Below, piece after piece: positions 40,108-51,015 of a stretch of 64,000 bases of DNA. The notes beneath the pieces were generated by a model, which ran no database searches, was not told where the DNA came from, and was given only the letters and a program-made list of their open reading frames with translations. Position 1 is the stretch's first letter, and each line of letters opens with the position of its first letter. Position numbers and translations under genes: made by a program. The stretch is from an uncultured bacterium. GTDB taxonomy: Bacteria; Bacillota; Clostridia; Oscillospirales; CAG-272. The DNA is taken from the NCBI GenBank assembly GCA_945920215.1, contig CAMEJM010000002.1, forward strand, positions 18,760 to 82,759. Reading direction: 5' to 3'.

Positions 40108-41274
40108 ATGGATTACACACAGCAACTCGACACCGCTTGCGACAAGTTCAGAAAGATTCTGGAGAATCAGCTCAAGCGCGTGGAGGACATGAAAGCGCAG
40201 GGGGATTTCGTGGACTATGCGAAGCTGGACACCATCCGCATCGGCGTATGCGGCGGCGACGGCATCGGACCGATCATCACACGGGAGGCGGAGCGTGTGC
40301 TGCGCTTCATCCTCGCGGATTATGTAGAGGCGGGGAAAGTGGAGTTCGTCACCATTGACGGTCTGACCCTTGAAAACCGCATCGCGCACAACAAAGCCAT
40401 TCCCGACGACGTGATGGAGCAGCTCAAATCCTGCCACATCATTCTGAAAGGACCGACCACCACGCCCCAGAAGGGCAGCGGTCTGCCCAATATCGAGAGC
40501 GCGAATGTCGCCATGCGTAAGGCGCTGGATCTGTTTGCCAATATCCGTCCCGTCAAGGTGCCCTCCGAGGGGATCAACTGGACGATTTTCCGCGAGAACA
40601 CCGAGGGCGGTTACGCCGTCGGCAACTGCGGCTTCAACGTCACGGACGACCTGGCGCTCGACTTTGTTGTCACCACCAAACAGGGCTCAGACAGAATTGC
40701 GCGCCTTGCCTATGATTTCGCGCACAGAAACGGTCTGAAGCGGGTTTCTCTTGTCACCAAGGCAAACGTGGTGAAAACCACCGATGGAAACTTCCTTGAG
40801 GACTGCCACAAGGTAGGCGACCTGTACCCCGATATCGTGACCGACGAATGGTATGCGGACATCATGACCGCAAAGCTGGTGGACACCAAGCGGCGCCGTG
40901 ATTTTCAGGTGCTTTTGCTTCCCAACCTGTACGGGGACATCATCTCTGATGAGGCGGCGGAGTTCCAAGGCGGCGTGGGCACCGCGGGCTGTGCCAATAT
41001 CGGTAAGAAGTACGCCATGTTCGAGGCGATCCACGGCTCCGCACCGCGTATGATCAACGAGGGCAGAGGCAAGTACGCCGACCCCTGTTCCATGCTGCGC
41101 GCCTGCGTGATGCTGCTGTCGCATATCGGTATGCAGGAGCGCGCCGACAAGCTGGAGCGGGCGCTCGACATCTGCTCCTTTGAGGAGAAGAAGTACGTCA
41201 TCACCGGCCGCGAGGGCGGCGCCACCTGCGAGCAGTTCGGCGAATACGTGATGCAGACCTTGCAGGCTCTGTAA
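40108..41274 (+). CDS. icd: isocitrate dehydrogenase (isocitrate/isopropylmalate dehydrogenase family)
   Basis: ATG 40108 follows AAGGAGAGG. Motifs GDGIGPII, NLYGDIISDEAA and GSAP. Operon context. Confidence 0.88.
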   Translation: MDYTQQLDTACDKFRKILENQLKRVEDMKAQGDFVDYAKLDTIRIGVCGGDGIGPIITREAERVLRFILADYVEAGKVEFVTIDGLTLENRIAHNKAIPDDVMEQLKSCHIILKGPTTTPQKGSGLPNIESANVAMRKALDLFANIRPVKVPSEGINWTIFRENTEGGYAVGNCGFNVTDDLALDFVVTTKQGSDRIARLAYDFAHRNGLKRVSLVTKANVVKTTDGNFLEDCHKVGDLYPDIVTDEWYADIMTAKLVDTKRRRDFQVLLLPNLYGDIISDEAAEFQGGVGTAGCANIGKKYAMFEAIHGSAPRMINEGRGKYADPCSMLRACVMLLSHIGMQERADKLERALDICSFEEKKYVITGREGGATCEQFGEYVMQTLQAL

Positions 41275-41311
41275 TCGCGCGTGAGAGGAACAAACACGGA
41301 AATCAAAATCG

Positions 41312-41346
41312 AAAAAGGGATACCGGAGACGGTATCCCTTTTTTCA
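41312..41346. terminator. bidirectional terminator between icd and the AEC transporter gene
   Basis: 9-bp stem GGGATACCG/CGGTATCCC flanked by AAAAA and TTTTTTT. Confidence 0.85.
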
Positions 41347-41425
41347 TATGGAGGTTGCGGTAAAAGCGCAAGGCGGAGCCTTGAAATAAGGCGTTGCACC
41401 GCGCAGAGCAGGCACGCGCCGAATG

Positions 41426-42349
41426 TTACAGCAGCAGGGTCATCAGCGGCACGGTCAGGGCGCTGAGGGTGGTGCCGAGCAGGACAAGGCTTGCCGCTTC
41501 CTGCTGCCCCTCTCCCAGCATTTCGGCGTAGTTGAGTACCACGCTCGCCACGGGACAGCACATCATGATATAGATGGCAGCCTTGATATCGGCGGCAAGC
41601 GGCAGGGGGAGCATGACGGCAAACATTAGGAGGGGAAAGAGAATCTGCTTGACGGCAATGACGCCGTAACGCCCGATATGCCCGAAAATGTCGCGCGGCG
41701 GCATGGTGGCAAGGCGCATCCCCATGATCATCATACACAGCGGCGTTGTCATACGCGCCAAGAGAGCAATGACGTTTTCACAGCTCGCGGGAAACGTCAC
41801 TCCCGTGATGAACAGGGGCAGGGCGGCGAGAAACCCGAAGGTCGTGGGGTTGAGCAGAATGTGCTTGATATGAATATAACGGATATCCTGCGTAATCACG
41901 GCGGAGCCTGCCGTCCACCCCACCATGTTGAGCGCAAGGCAAGCCATCGCGGAGTAGGCGAGCGCCTCCGGGCAGTCGGGCAGAAGCGCCTCGAGGATCG
42001 GCACGCCCATAAAGCCGTAGTTGCCCATGCAGCAGGCGAGGGTGCAGATACGCGGCGCAACCTGCTCCCGCATCCGGTTGCGCAGCAGCAGAAAGAGGCA
42101 CATCATCAAAAGAATGCTGGCAAACAGCACGATGCCGAGCACGATCAGCATATCGCGCACAACGCCCCACGAAAAGGGAATCCCGCGCATGGAGTAAATC
42201 ACCAAAAAGGGCTGGCAGACGTACATCAGCAGCTTGGCAAAGGAAGAGATATGGGATTTGTCCACCAGCTTGGTTTTGATGAGAAGAAAGCCGGGGACGG
42301 CATAAAACAGCATGATGGCGACGGTGGTAAAAGCGGTCAGAAATTGCAT
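41426..42349 (-). CDS. AEC (auxin efflux carrier) family transporter
   Basis: 307 aa with about 10 TM segments. N-terminus and overall topology are typical of membrane-transport family PF03547 (recalled, not searched). Confidence 0.7.
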   Translation of the reverse strand: MQFLTAFTTVAIMLFYAVPGFLLIKTKLVDKSHISSFAKLLMYVCQPFLVIYSMRGIPFSWGVVRDMLIVLGIVLFASILLMMCLFLLLRNRMREQVAPRICTLACCMGNYGFMGVPILEALLPDCPEALAYSAMACLALNMVGWTAGSAVITQDIRYIHIKHILLNPTTFGFLAALPLFITGVTFPASCENVIALLARMTTPLCMMIMGMRLATMPPRDIFGHIGRYGVIAVKQILFPLLMFAVMLPLPLAADIKAAIYIMMCCPVASVVLNYAEMLGEGQQEAASLVLLGTTLSALTVPLMTLLL

Positions 42350-42418
42350 GGGAAGAATCCTTATCTGTTTGTCGGTGAAAAACGAATGGGCAGGGCGCTG
42401 TGCGAAAAGAGGGAATGA

Positions 42419-42919
42419 TTATTTTCCGCGCAGTGCGTCAAGCACCGCGCCGACGCATTCTTCCGCCGTTTTGCCGCTGCAATCCACGGTGATATCGGCG
42501 TATGCCTCATACAGAGCGCAACGCTCCAGGTACATTTCCCGCATATCCGCGCTGTGGTGCATGACCACGCCCCGGGTGCGGATATTTCCGATACGGCGGG
42601 ATATTTCGGCAAGGTCAAGCTTTAGATATACCACGGTGCCGATGTCGCGGAGGTGGCGGATGCCCTCGCCGCCGTATACGGCGCTGCCGCCCGTGGCAAT
42701 GACGGCGTGCCTGACGTTCAGAGAGGCGAGGACCTCGTTCTCCATTCCGATAAAGGCGTCCTCGCCGTGCGTTTCAATCAGCTCGCAAAGGCTTGCGCCC
42801 CATTTCTCCTGTATGAGAAGATCGGTATCGGTAAAGGTGTATATCAGGGATTTTGCCAACAGCACCCCGACGGTGCTTTTGCCCGCCGCGGGCATTCCGA
42901 TCAGTATGACGTTATCCAT
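42419..42919 (-). CDS. aroK: shikimate kinase
   Basis: MDNVILIGMPAAGKSTVG P-loop, DTD motif, VIATGGG-like segment; 166 aa. Confidence 0.9.
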   Translation of the reverse strand: MDNVILIGMPAAGKSTVGVLLAKSLIYTFTDTDLLIQEKWGASLCELIETHGEDAFIGMENEVLASLNVRHAVIATGGSAVYGGEGIRHLRDIGTVVYLKLDLAEISRRIGNIRTRGVVMHHSADMREMYLERCALYEAYADITVDCSGKTAEECVGAVLDALRGK

Positions 42920-43007
42920 GTACGGCTCCTTTGTTTTTTACCTTATCATTATAGCTTTACCCGCGGCGGGTGTAAAGGGGAATGCGCAAATATCCGCGTT
43001 TTTTCGG

Positions 43008-43043
43008 AAAAATAAAGGGTGCGGAAGCTCCGCACCCTTTTTC
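43008..43043. terminator. terminator after the sugar ABC permease gene
   Basis: 9-bp stem GGGTGCGGA/TCCGCACCC, A-rich on the left and TTTTT on the right. Confidence 0.8.
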
Positions 43044-43065
43044 GCTTGATTGATTTGACGGGTAT

Positions 43066-44250
43066 TTATTTCTTGGCGATATATTTGCGCATATCGATGG
43101 CGCACGCAATCAGAATGATGGCGCCCTTGACCACCGTCATGATCGCAGGCTCAAAGTTCAGGAACACCAGACCTGCGTTGACAAGCTGCAGAAGCACAAC
43201 GCCCAAGATCACGCCCCGTATCTTACCGATACCGCCCATAAAGGACACGCCGCCGATGACGCACGCCGCAATGGCGTCCAGTTCATAGTTGACGCCGGTC
43301 GCGGTGGAGTTGGAAGCCACGCGGGCGGACTCGATGAACGCGGATACGCCGTACAGAAGTCCCGCCATGGCGAACACCAGAATGATGGTACGCGCCACGT
43401 TGACGCCGGAGACGGTCGCCGCTTCGGGATTGGTACCTACCGCGAACATATTTTTGCCGAGGGAGGTCTTGTTCCAGACGATCCACATCAGGACGGTGAT
43501 GGCAAGGACGATCCACAGATAATTCGGGAACTGCACGCCGGCAATTTTGAAGCCGCCGGTCACCAGCTTTGTGTATTCGGGTGCCAGACCTGCGATAGGC
43601 GCAGAGTTATTCTGCCCCAGGCTGACATACCACATCACGGCGCCGTAAAGAATCAACTGCGTGCCGAGCGTCACGATAAAGGGGTGAAGTTTGAACTTGG
43701 AAACCATAAAGCCGTTGAACGCGCCCACCGTACCGCCGACTGCCATGGAAATCAGCAGGGCGATCGGAATCAGCCAGATACCGAAGGAAAGTCCGGGGAA
43801 CATTTTGTTCATGACCCCGTTCGACTGCAAAAGCGAGGCGCAGATACACGCGCACAAGCCGAGGCAACGTCCCGCGGAAAGGTCGGTCCCCGTCAGGACG
43901 ATGATTCCCGCGACGCCGAGCGCCATAAGGAGGCGCGACGCGCTCTGCATAAAGATGTTTACAATCGAGCCGAGGGACAGGAAGTTCTGATTGTAGGCGA
44001 ACACCACAATCACAAACAGGAAAATCAGGATATACAGCGCATTGTTCAGCAGCCAGTCGGCAACCTTTCTGCGCTTGGTCTTTTTATCCAGCGCCTTGAA
44101 ATCATTCCACTTCTTCTTGCGGTTTTCGATGAATCTGTTCCACTTGTAGCCTAACCATTGCACGGGGTTGCGCCGCACTTGCGCCGCCGCGCCGTCCGGG
44201 GTTGCCGCTTCTGTGGAGAGATCGCCGTTTTTCTTTTCTTCATCAGTCAT
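43066..44250 (-). CDS. mglC: sugar ABC transporter permease (MglC-like)
   Basis: 394 aa, multi-TM, with a basic cytoplasmic N-terminal extension of about 60 aa. Follows mglA. Confidence 0.85.
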   Translation of the reverse strand: MTDEEKKNGDLSTEAATPDGAAAQVRRNPVQWLGYKWNRFIENRKKKWNDFKALDKKTKRRKVADWLLNNALYILIFLFVIVVFAYNQNFLSLGSIVNIFMQSASRLLMALGVAGIIVLTGTDLSAGRCLGLCACICASLLQSNGVMNKMFPGLSFGIWLIPIALLISMAVGGTVGAFNGFMVSKFKLHPFIVTLGTQLILYGAVMWYVSLGQNNSAPIAGLAPEYTKLVTGGFKIAGVQFPNYLWIVLAITVLMWIVWNKTSLGKNMFAVGTNPEAATVSGVNVARTIILVFAMAGLLYGVSAFIESARVASNSTATGVNYELDAIAACVIGGVSFMGGIGKIRGVILGVVLLQLVNAGLVFLNFEPAIMTVVKGAIILIACAIDMRKYIAKK

Positions 44251-44263
44251 ATCGCTTGCCTCC

Positions 44264-45754
44264 TTACACGTATTTTGCCGCCAAGGTCATGATTTCTTCC
44301 TGCGAGAAGTTCTCACGTGTCACTTCTCCCGCGATTTTGCCGCCGGACATCACGATGATACGGTCGCAGATGCCCATGATTTCCGGCAGTTCGGAGGAAA
44401 CGACGATGACCCCTTTGCCTTGCTTTTTCAAATTGATAATCAACTGATAGATTTCATATTTCGCCCCGACGTCGATACCGCGCGTCGGCTCGTCCAGCAA
44501 CAGCACTTTCGGCTCGGTCAGAAGCCAGCGACCGAGAATCACTTTCTGCTGGTTGCCGCCGGAGAGGGAACGGATCGGGGTGCGAATAGAGGGTGTTTTC
44601 ACGCGCATGGCGTCTACACACCAGTTTGTGTCATGAATCATCTTCTTATCCGAGAGCAGCCCCACACGGTTTTTATACTGCCTCATATTGGCGATACAGG
44701 CGTTGTCAAGAATGGAGAGGCCCCCGAAAATCCCGGTAGCGCGCCGCTCTTCGGTCAGAAGCGCCAAGCCGTGACGGATGGCGTCGGAGGTGTTGTCAAT
44801 GCGGATTTTCTCACCGTCGAGGAAAATGTCGCCGCCCTCCTTTTCGTCGATACCGAACAGGGTTTCCAGCACCTCGGTTCTGCCCGCGCCGACAAGCCCG
44901 GCAAAGCCGAGGATCTCGCCGTGGGAAAGGGTAAAGGAAATATCGTGGATCTTCTGATACCGCGCTTTCAGGTGTTCCACCCGAAGCAGTTCTTCCCCTA
45001 CCTCGCCTTCCAGAGGCGGGTACATATTGGTCAGCTCACGCCCGACCATGCGGCGGATGATTTCTTCTACGGTCAGGTCTTTTGCCGGGTCGGTCGAGAT
45101 GAACTGACCGTCGCGCATGATGGTAACTTCGTCCGAGATCGCGAGGATCTCCGCCATTTTGTGCGAAATATAGACGATTCCGCACCCGCGGTCGCGCAGC
45201 ATATTGATGATGCGGAACAGATGGTCTACCTCGGGGGTGGTCAGGGACGAGGTAGGTTCGTCCAGCACCAGTATCTTTGCATTGTAGGAGACAGCCTTGG
45301 CGATCTCCACCATTTGCCTTTGCGCGACGGAAAGGGTACTCATAATGACGGTGGGGTCAACGTTGATTCCCAAATCCGCAAACAACTTCTGCGTGTCGGC
45401 AAGCATTTTCTTTTCCGATACAATGCCGAAGCGGGAGGGATAACGCCCCAGCCAAATATTATCCAGAACCGAGCGCTTGAGGGCTTGGTTCAATTCCTGG
45501 TGCACCATCGCCACGCCGTTTTCCATTGCGTTCTTGGGGTCTGTGAAGTTGACCTCCTGTCCCTCGATGCGAATGGTGCCCTCGTCCTTGTGATAGATGC
45601 CGAACAAGCATTTCATCAGGGTGGATTTTCCGGCGCCGTTTTCTCCCATCAGGGAATGAACGGTACCGGGGCGCACGCGCAGCTGCGCGTGATCCAGCGC
45701 CTTAACACCCGGAAATGTCTTGACAATGTCATTCATTTCGAGAATGTATTCCAT
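44264..45754 (-). CDS. mglA: sugar ABC transporter ATP-binding protein, duplicated ATPase (MglA-like)
   Basis: Two Walker A / signature sets (GENGAGKST, LSVAQRQ; LSGGNQQK). Confidence 0.92.
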   Translation of the reverse strand: MEYILEMNDIVKTFPGVKALDHAQLRVRPGTVHSLMGENGAGKSTLMKCLFGIYHKDEGTIRIEGQEVNFTDPKNAMENGVAMVHQELNQALKRSVLDNIWLGRYPSRFGIVSEKKMLADTQKLFADLGINVDPTVIMSTLSVAQRQMVEIAKAVSYNAKILVLDEPTSSLTTPEVDHLFRIINMLRDRGCGIVYISHKMAEILAISDEVTIMRDGQFISTDPAKDLTVEEIIRRMVGRELTNMYPPLEGEVGEELLRVEHLKARYQKIHDISFTLSHGEILGFAGLVGAGRTEVLETLFGIDEKEGGDIFLDGEKIRIDNTSDAIRHGLALLTEERRATGIFGGLSILDNACIANMRQYKNRVGLLSDKKMIHDTNWCVDAMRVKTPSIRTPIRSLSGGNQQKVILGRWLLTEPKVLLLDEPTRGIDVGAKYEIYQLIINLKKQGKGVIVVSSELPEIMGICDRIIVMSGGKIAGEVTRENFSQEEIMTLAAKYV

Positions 45755-45830
45755 ATGCGTCTCCTTGCCGATAATTTCCGCAAAATCCTGCGGGGCAAGC
45801 CCCGGCTTGTCCCGCAGGTGCGAATTTGGT

Positions 45831-46922
45831 TTATGCCGTGACGGGAGAGTACGGAATTCTCAGCTTCCGGACAGTCGCCTCAAAAGCATAGTCGGTGCCG
45901 TCGAGGAAAGCTTTGCCGTCTTTGATGTTCATCGAGATTTTCACGATGGCTTCCGCCATAGCGTTTCCGTCCTGCTTCACGGTCCCTTGCATCTTGCCGT
46001 TGGTGATAGCGTCCATGGCGGTTGCCAGAGCGTCAACACCGAATACGGGGATATAGGGCTTGGAGTCGTCGGTACGGCTGCCTGCGTTGTTGTAGCCGGC
46101 TGCATTGAGCGCCGAGATAACGCCGAGCGCCATGTCGTCATTGTTGCAGATGACCATTTCCACATTGGGCACTCCGTTTTCCACACGGAAGAGGGAACCC
46201 ATCATCTGGTTTGCAGTGGCGCTGTCCCAGTTCGCCATCTGATCGGCGCCGACTCTTTGCAGAATGTCGCCGGTCTTGTTGGCGGCAGTCAGCGCGGTGT
46301 TGGCTGCCAGCAGGCGGTTTGCCTCGGAGACGGAGTAGGTAGTTCTGCCGTCAGCTTCTGCGTTACCGACTTCGGCGCGGAACATAGCATACTGAATCTT
46401 ACCGTCGCCGTTCAGGTCGTATTTCGCAAACAACTCATTGGTAGCGAGCATGTTGGAAATCATCTCGCCGAGCATATAGCCGGGCGCATTGGGGTCGGTG
46501 CCGACAAAGCAGATGTTGTCTGCCACGTTGACGGCTGCGTCGGAAATTTCACGGTTGAAGAAAATGGCGGGAATATTATGTGCTTTCGCCTTCTGCGCCA
46601 GAGCCTCGCCGGACGCCTGGAAGTCAACCGCGTTAATCAGCAGCAGGTCCACCCCTTTGGTGATTGCGGTGTCGATCTGCGTACTCTGATTCTGCTGATT
46701 GTTTTCGCCGTTGTAGAAGGTAACCTCCACTTCGTCCGCATATGCTTCAAATTTGGTTTTCAGCGCGTCACGGACGGTTGCAATATAACTGTCATCATAC
46801 TTATAAGCGAAAACGGCAATTCTGAATTTCTCGTTCTTGCCGCACCCTGCAAAGGCAAGCAAAGCACCGCTGCACAGAGCCAGTGCAAGCAAACACACGA
46901 CAATTCTTTTTGCAATTTTCAT
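45831..46922 (-). CDS. mglB: sugar-binding lipoprotein (MglB-like periplasmic binding protein)
   Basis: ATG 46922 with a GGAAAAGGAG RBS. Signal peptide plus lipobox LAFAGC. Type I PBP fold pattern. Confidence 0.85.
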   Translation of the reverse strand: MKIAKRIVVCLLALALCSGALLAFAGCGKNEKFRIAVFAYKYDDSYIATVRDALKTKFEAYADEVEVTFYNGENNQQNQSTQIDTAITKGVDLLLINAVDFQASGEALAQKAKAHNIPAIFFNREISDAAVNVADNICFVGTDPNAPGYMLGEMISNMLATNELFAKYDLNGDGKIQYAMFRAEVGNAEADGRTTYSVSEANRLLAANTALTAANKTGDILQRVGADQMANWDSATANQMMGSLFRVENGVPNVEMVICNNDDMALGVISALNAAGYNNAGSRTDDSKPYIPVFGVDALATAMDAITNGKMQGTVKQDGNAMAEAIVKISMNIKDGKAFLDGTDYAFEATVRKLRIPYSPVTA

Positions 46923-47341
46923 AAATTTTCTCCTTTTCCAATATTTTCTTTTGTATCTCTTGCCACCCTTGGCACTTCCATTATATAAGACCGCACATAT
47001 AGAAACAACCGACAAAATGCCGATAATCCGTCTGTGCAATTAGCATAACTTAATAGATAATGAATTATCGTTTTCTAATATTCGTTAATTCAGACACAAT
47101 TTTGGTGAAAGGTGGAACTTGCGGCGAAAGCAGAGAGAAAAATACCGTTTGCAAGAGTCTGCACACATACAGTGTAACCGCGGGCGGAAAAATCTTGCAA
47201 TCGCATTCTTTTGAAAAATGTGGAAAACGGGATATGCGCCGCGTATGTATATTTCCGCCTGCTTTTTCCCATGATGTAAACGAGTATTGTACGGCGGCGC
47301 GGAATACCGGGGCTGCCGTATATTATGAAAAGGAGAATAAC

Positions 47342-48361
47342 ATGAAACGTGATTTTATTGACACTGCGACGTACACAAAGGAAGAGCTGACGGATATCAT
47401 TGAGCTGTCTCTCGCCATCAAGCGCGCCATTGCGGCGGGCTATTACCCGCAGTTCATGAAGGACATGACGCTTGCCATGATCTTTCAGCAGTCCTCTACG
47501 CGTACCCGCGTCTCGTTTGAAACCGCGATGAGTCAGATGGGCGGACACGCCCAGTACCTCGGTCCCGGCATGATCCAGCTCGGCGGCCATGAGACCATCG
47601 GCGACACCGGTAAGGTGCTTTCCTATCTTGTGGACATCGTCATGGCGCGCGTCATTGAACACAAAACGGTGGAGGAGCTTGCCGCCGCCTGCTCGGTGCC
47701 CGTCCTCAACGGGATGTCGGATTACAACCACCCCACGCAGGAAATCGGCGATATGTGCACCATTTTTGAGAATCTGCCGCGCGGAAAGCGCCTGGAGGAT
47801 TGCAATGTGGTATTTGTAGGCGACGGCACGCAGGTGTGCGCTTCCCTCGGCTTCATCACCACCAAGATGGGGATGCACTTCGTGCATTACGGTCCCCGTG
47901 GTCACCAGCTCGGAGAGGTGCACAAGACAATTATGGAAGAAAACTGCCGTATCTCCGGCGGCACGTGGCAGGTCACCGACGACCGCAACGCCGTGCGCGG
48001 CGCGGATTTCATCTACACCGACGTATGGTACGGGCTGTATGAAAACGAAATGCCCAAAGAAGAGCGCGTCAAGGTCTTTCACGATTTTCAGGTCAATCGC
48101 GAACTGATGCAGCTCGGAAATATCGGATGCAAATTCATGCACTGCCTGCCCGCTACCCGCGGGGAGGACGTCACGGACGAGGTGGCGGATTCCGAATCCT
48201 CTCTGTGCTGGGAGGAAGCCGGTAACCGTCTGACCGCCATGCGCGGACTGTTGGTCTATCTGACCCGTGACCGCAAGAAGCCCAGCGGCGTGCGCGTTGC
48301 GGCAGCCAAGGAAGAGCTCGACGAGTTCATGGCAAACCGCATTGATAAGAGCGGCAACTGA
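47342..48361 (+). CDS. ptcA: putrescine carbamoyltransferase
   Basis: ATG 47342 follows AAAGGAG. Recalled near-collinear similarity to Enterococcus PTCase ([45 protein letters not shown]). Context with aguD, aguA and arcC. Confidence 0.88.
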   Translation: MKRDFIDTATYTKEELTDIIELSLAIKRAIAAGYYPQFMKDMTLAMIFQQSSTRTRVSFETAMSQMGGHAQYLGPGMIQLGGHETIGDTGKVLSYLVDIVMARVIEHKTVEELAAACSVPVLNGMSDYNHPTQEIGDMCTIFENLPRGKRLEDCNVVFVGDGTQVCASLGFITTKMGMHFVHYGPRGHQLGEVHKTIMEENCRISGGTWQVTDDRNAVRGADFIYTDVWYGLYENEMPKEERVKVFHDFQVNRELMQLGNIGCKFMHCLPATRGEDVTDEVADSESSLCWEEAGNRLTAMRGLLVYLTRDRKKPSGVRVAAAKEELDEFMANRIDKSGN

Positions 48362-48497
48362 CGCGTGGCGCGGCGGCTTTTCGTGCCGCATATCCGTCCG
48401 CGCCGCTTGCAAGGCAGGCGGCGGAGAGAAGCCGGACCCAAGGCTCCTCTCCGATGCGCCGCAGCTCGGTTTTCTGATTTGAAAGGACAAGATAACA

Positions 48498-49895
48498 ATG
48501 GAAAAGAGTAACAAGAAGTTTTCGCTTTTTGACGTCATTCTCTCGGTCATCTGCGTGGTGTTTGTGGTGGAGGCGGCGGCTCCCGTCGCCTCAATCGGAA
48601 ACAGTCAGTACTTCTGGTGGATTTTTATGATCGTGGCGTTTCTGCTCCCCTACGGAATGATTTCCGCAGAGCTGGGGACCGCCTATGTGGGCGACGGCGG
48701 ACTGTACGACTGGGTGCATACCGCGTTCCCCAAAACCAAGTGGGGCGCGCGCGTTTCATGGTATTACTGGATCAATTTTCCTCTTTGGATGGCGTCGCTT
48801 GCCGTGGTCTGCCCCACGCTTCTGGGGATTCTGTTCAACCATCGGTTTGGGGCGGTCTCGTCTCTGATCATTCAATTGATTTTCATCTGGATTGTCACCG
48901 TCATTGCCTTTTATCCCGTGTGCGACAGCATTGTCATTCTCAACGTCAGCGCCGCCATCAAGATCATTCTTGCCGTGACGGTGGGAATTCTGGGAATTTA
49001 CTATGTCATTCGCAACGGGTTTGTCAACAACATGGCGGGGCGTACCTTCCTGCCTGCCTTTGACCTGCACAGCCTGTCGTATATCTCTGTGATTATCTTT
49101 AACTTCCTCGGCTTCGAGGTGGTCTGCACCTATGCGGACAGTATGCAGAAGCCCAAGCGGCAGATTCCGCAGGCAATCGTCATCGGCGGGCTTGTCATTG
49201 CGGCGATTTATCTGTTCTCGGCGTTCGGGATCGGGGCGGCTGTTCCCACGGATACCATCAGCCCGGATACGGGGCTGATGGACGCGGTATCCCTGATAAC
49301 GGGGAAGAGCAGTGGCTTTTTGGTACGCGCTGTGGCGCTTTTGTTCCTGGTGACGCTGTTCGGCAATATGATCTCATGGTCGATGGGCGTGAATTCCACC
49401 GCCGCTTATGCCGCGGACCGCGGCGATATGCCCCGCGTGTTCGGGGTGCGCCGCAGACGGCACGATATGCCTGTGGGCGCGGCGCTCGCTTCCGGGGTTG
49501 TGGCGTCCGTGATTTGCCTTTTGGGCGTGATCATCGAGGCGGTTTCTCCCGACTCGTCGCTGTTCTGGAGCTTCTTCGCCCTCAATCTTGTGATGCTGCT
49601 GCTCAGTTACGTGCCTGTCTTCCCGGCGTTTCTGCGCCTGCGCCGTCAGGACCCCAATCTGGAAAGACCTTTCAGGGTTCCCGGTCCCGTCTGGTTTACC
49701 CGCGTGCTTGCCTACGTGCCGATGATTCTGATTATTCTGTCGATCATCTTCACGGCGGTACCGCTGTCGTTTGACCGGGCTACCCTTTCCGACTACCTGC
49801 CTATCACCATCGGCTCCGTCATCAGCATCGTCATCGGAGAAATCCTGATCTGGTGGCGCGATGCAAACAGAAAAAAATCCGGTACTACCGTTTAA
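48498..49895 (+). CDS. aguD: APC-family amino acid permease, probable agmatine:putrescine antiporter
   Basis: 465 aa with about 12-13 TM segments. Lies between ptcA and aguA. Confidence 0.8.
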   Translation: MEKSNKKFSLFDVILSVICVVFVVEAAAPVASIGNSQYFWWIFMIVAFLLPYGMISAELGTAYVGDGGLYDWVHTAFPKTKWGARVSWYYWINFPLWMASLAVVCPTLLGILFNHRFGAVSSLIIQLIFIWIVTVIAFYPVCDSIVILNVSAAIKIILAVTVGILGIYYVIRNGFVNNMAGRTFLPAFDLHSLSYISVIIFNFLGFEVVCTYADSMQKPKRQIPQAIVIGGLVIAAIYLFSAFGIGAAVPTDTISPDTGLMDAVSLITGKSSGFLVRAVALLFLVTLFGNMISWSMGVNSTAAYAADRGDMPRVFGVRRRRHDMPVGAALASGVVASVICLLGVIIEAVSPDSSLFWSFFALNLVMLLLSYVPVFPAFLRLRRQDPNLERPFRVPGPVWFTRVLAYVPMILIILSIIFTAVPLSFDRATLSDYLPITIGSVISIVIGEILIWWRDANRKKSGTTV

Positions 49896-49907
49896 GAGGA
49901 GAAAGAA

Positions 49908-51011
49908 ATGGCAAAGAGAATTACCGATTCCACGCCGAAGCAGGACGGCTATCGTATGCCTGCGGAATTTGAAAAGCAAAGCGGGGTCTGGATGCTGTGG
50001 CCCGAGCGCTGCGACAACTGGCGCAACGGCGCGAAGCCGGCACAAGAGGCGTTTGTCAATGTGGCAAAGGCAATTGCACGGTTTGAGAACGTGACGGTCG
50101 GGGTCAACAACAGCCAGTATCAGAACGCCCGCGCCAAGCTGCCCCCCGAGGTGCGCGTGGTGGAAATCTCCTCGGACGACGCATGGGTGCGCGACTGCGG
50201 CCCCACCTTCCTTGTCAATGACAAGGGCGGATTGCGCGCGGTGGACTGGACGTTCAACGCATGGGGCGGTCTGGTGGACGGGCTGTATTTCCCATGGGCA
50301 AACGATGACTTGGTGGCGCAGAAGATCTGTGAAATCGAGGGCGTGGATTCCTACCGCACCGAGGGCTTCGTGTTGGAGGGCGGCTCCATTCACGTGGACG
50401 GAGAGGGAACGGTGATGACCACCGAAATGTGTCTGCTTTCCAAGGGCAGAAACCCCGATATGAGCAAGCAGGAAATCGAAAAAATGCTGCTGGAGTATCT
50501 GAACTGCGAAAAGGTCATTTGGTTAAAGGACGGCATTGACCCGGACGAAACGAACGGGCATATCGACGACGTGGCTTGCTTTATCGCTCCCGGCGAGGTC
50601 GCCTGTATCTGGAGCGACGACCCGGAGCATCCCTTTTACGCGGAGGCACAGGCGGCATACAAGGCGCTCAGCGAGGCAACGGACGCCAAGGGCAGAAAAC
50701 TCAAGGTACACAAGCTGTGCCTGACCTCCAAGCCCTGCTACCTTGAGGGAGCGGAAACCATCGACTATGCCGAGGGCAGTATTCCGCGCGAAAACGGCGA
50801 GGTCAGCATCGCTTCCTATATGAATTTCCTGATCGTCAACGGCGCCGTGATCCTCCCCCAGTACGGCGATGAAAACGACGCGCTCGCCGTGGAGCAGGTC
50901 AAAGCCATGTTCCCGGACCGCGAGGTGGTGGGCGTGATGACCCGCGAGGTCGCTTTCGGCGGCGGGAATATCCACTGTATCACGCAGCAGCAGCCCGCCG
51001 CGCAGAGGTAA
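49908..51011 (+). CDS. aguA: agmatine deiminase
   Basis: YRMPAEFEKQSGVWMLWP and WVRDCGPTF motifs; C-terminal GGGNIHCITQQQP catalytic Cys motif. Confidence 0.92.
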   Translation: MAKRITDSTPKQDGYRMPAEFEKQSGVWMLWPERCDNWRNGAKPAQEAFVNVAKAIARFENVTVGVNNSQYQNARAKLPPEVRVVEISSDDAWVRDCGPTFLVNDKGGLRAVDWTFNAWGGLVDGLYFPWANDDLVAQKICEIEGVDSYRTEGFVLEGGSIHVDGEGTVMTTEMCLLSKGRNPDMSKQEIEKMLLEYLNCEKVIWLKDGIDPDETNGHIDDVACFIAPGEVACIWSDDPEHPFYAEAQAAYKALSEATDAKGRKLKVHKLCLTSKPCYLEGAETIDYAEGSIPRENGEVSIASYMNFLIVNGAVILPQYGDENDALAVEQVKAMFPDREVVGVMTREVAFGGGNIHCITQQQPAAQR

Positions 51012-51015
51012 AGCC

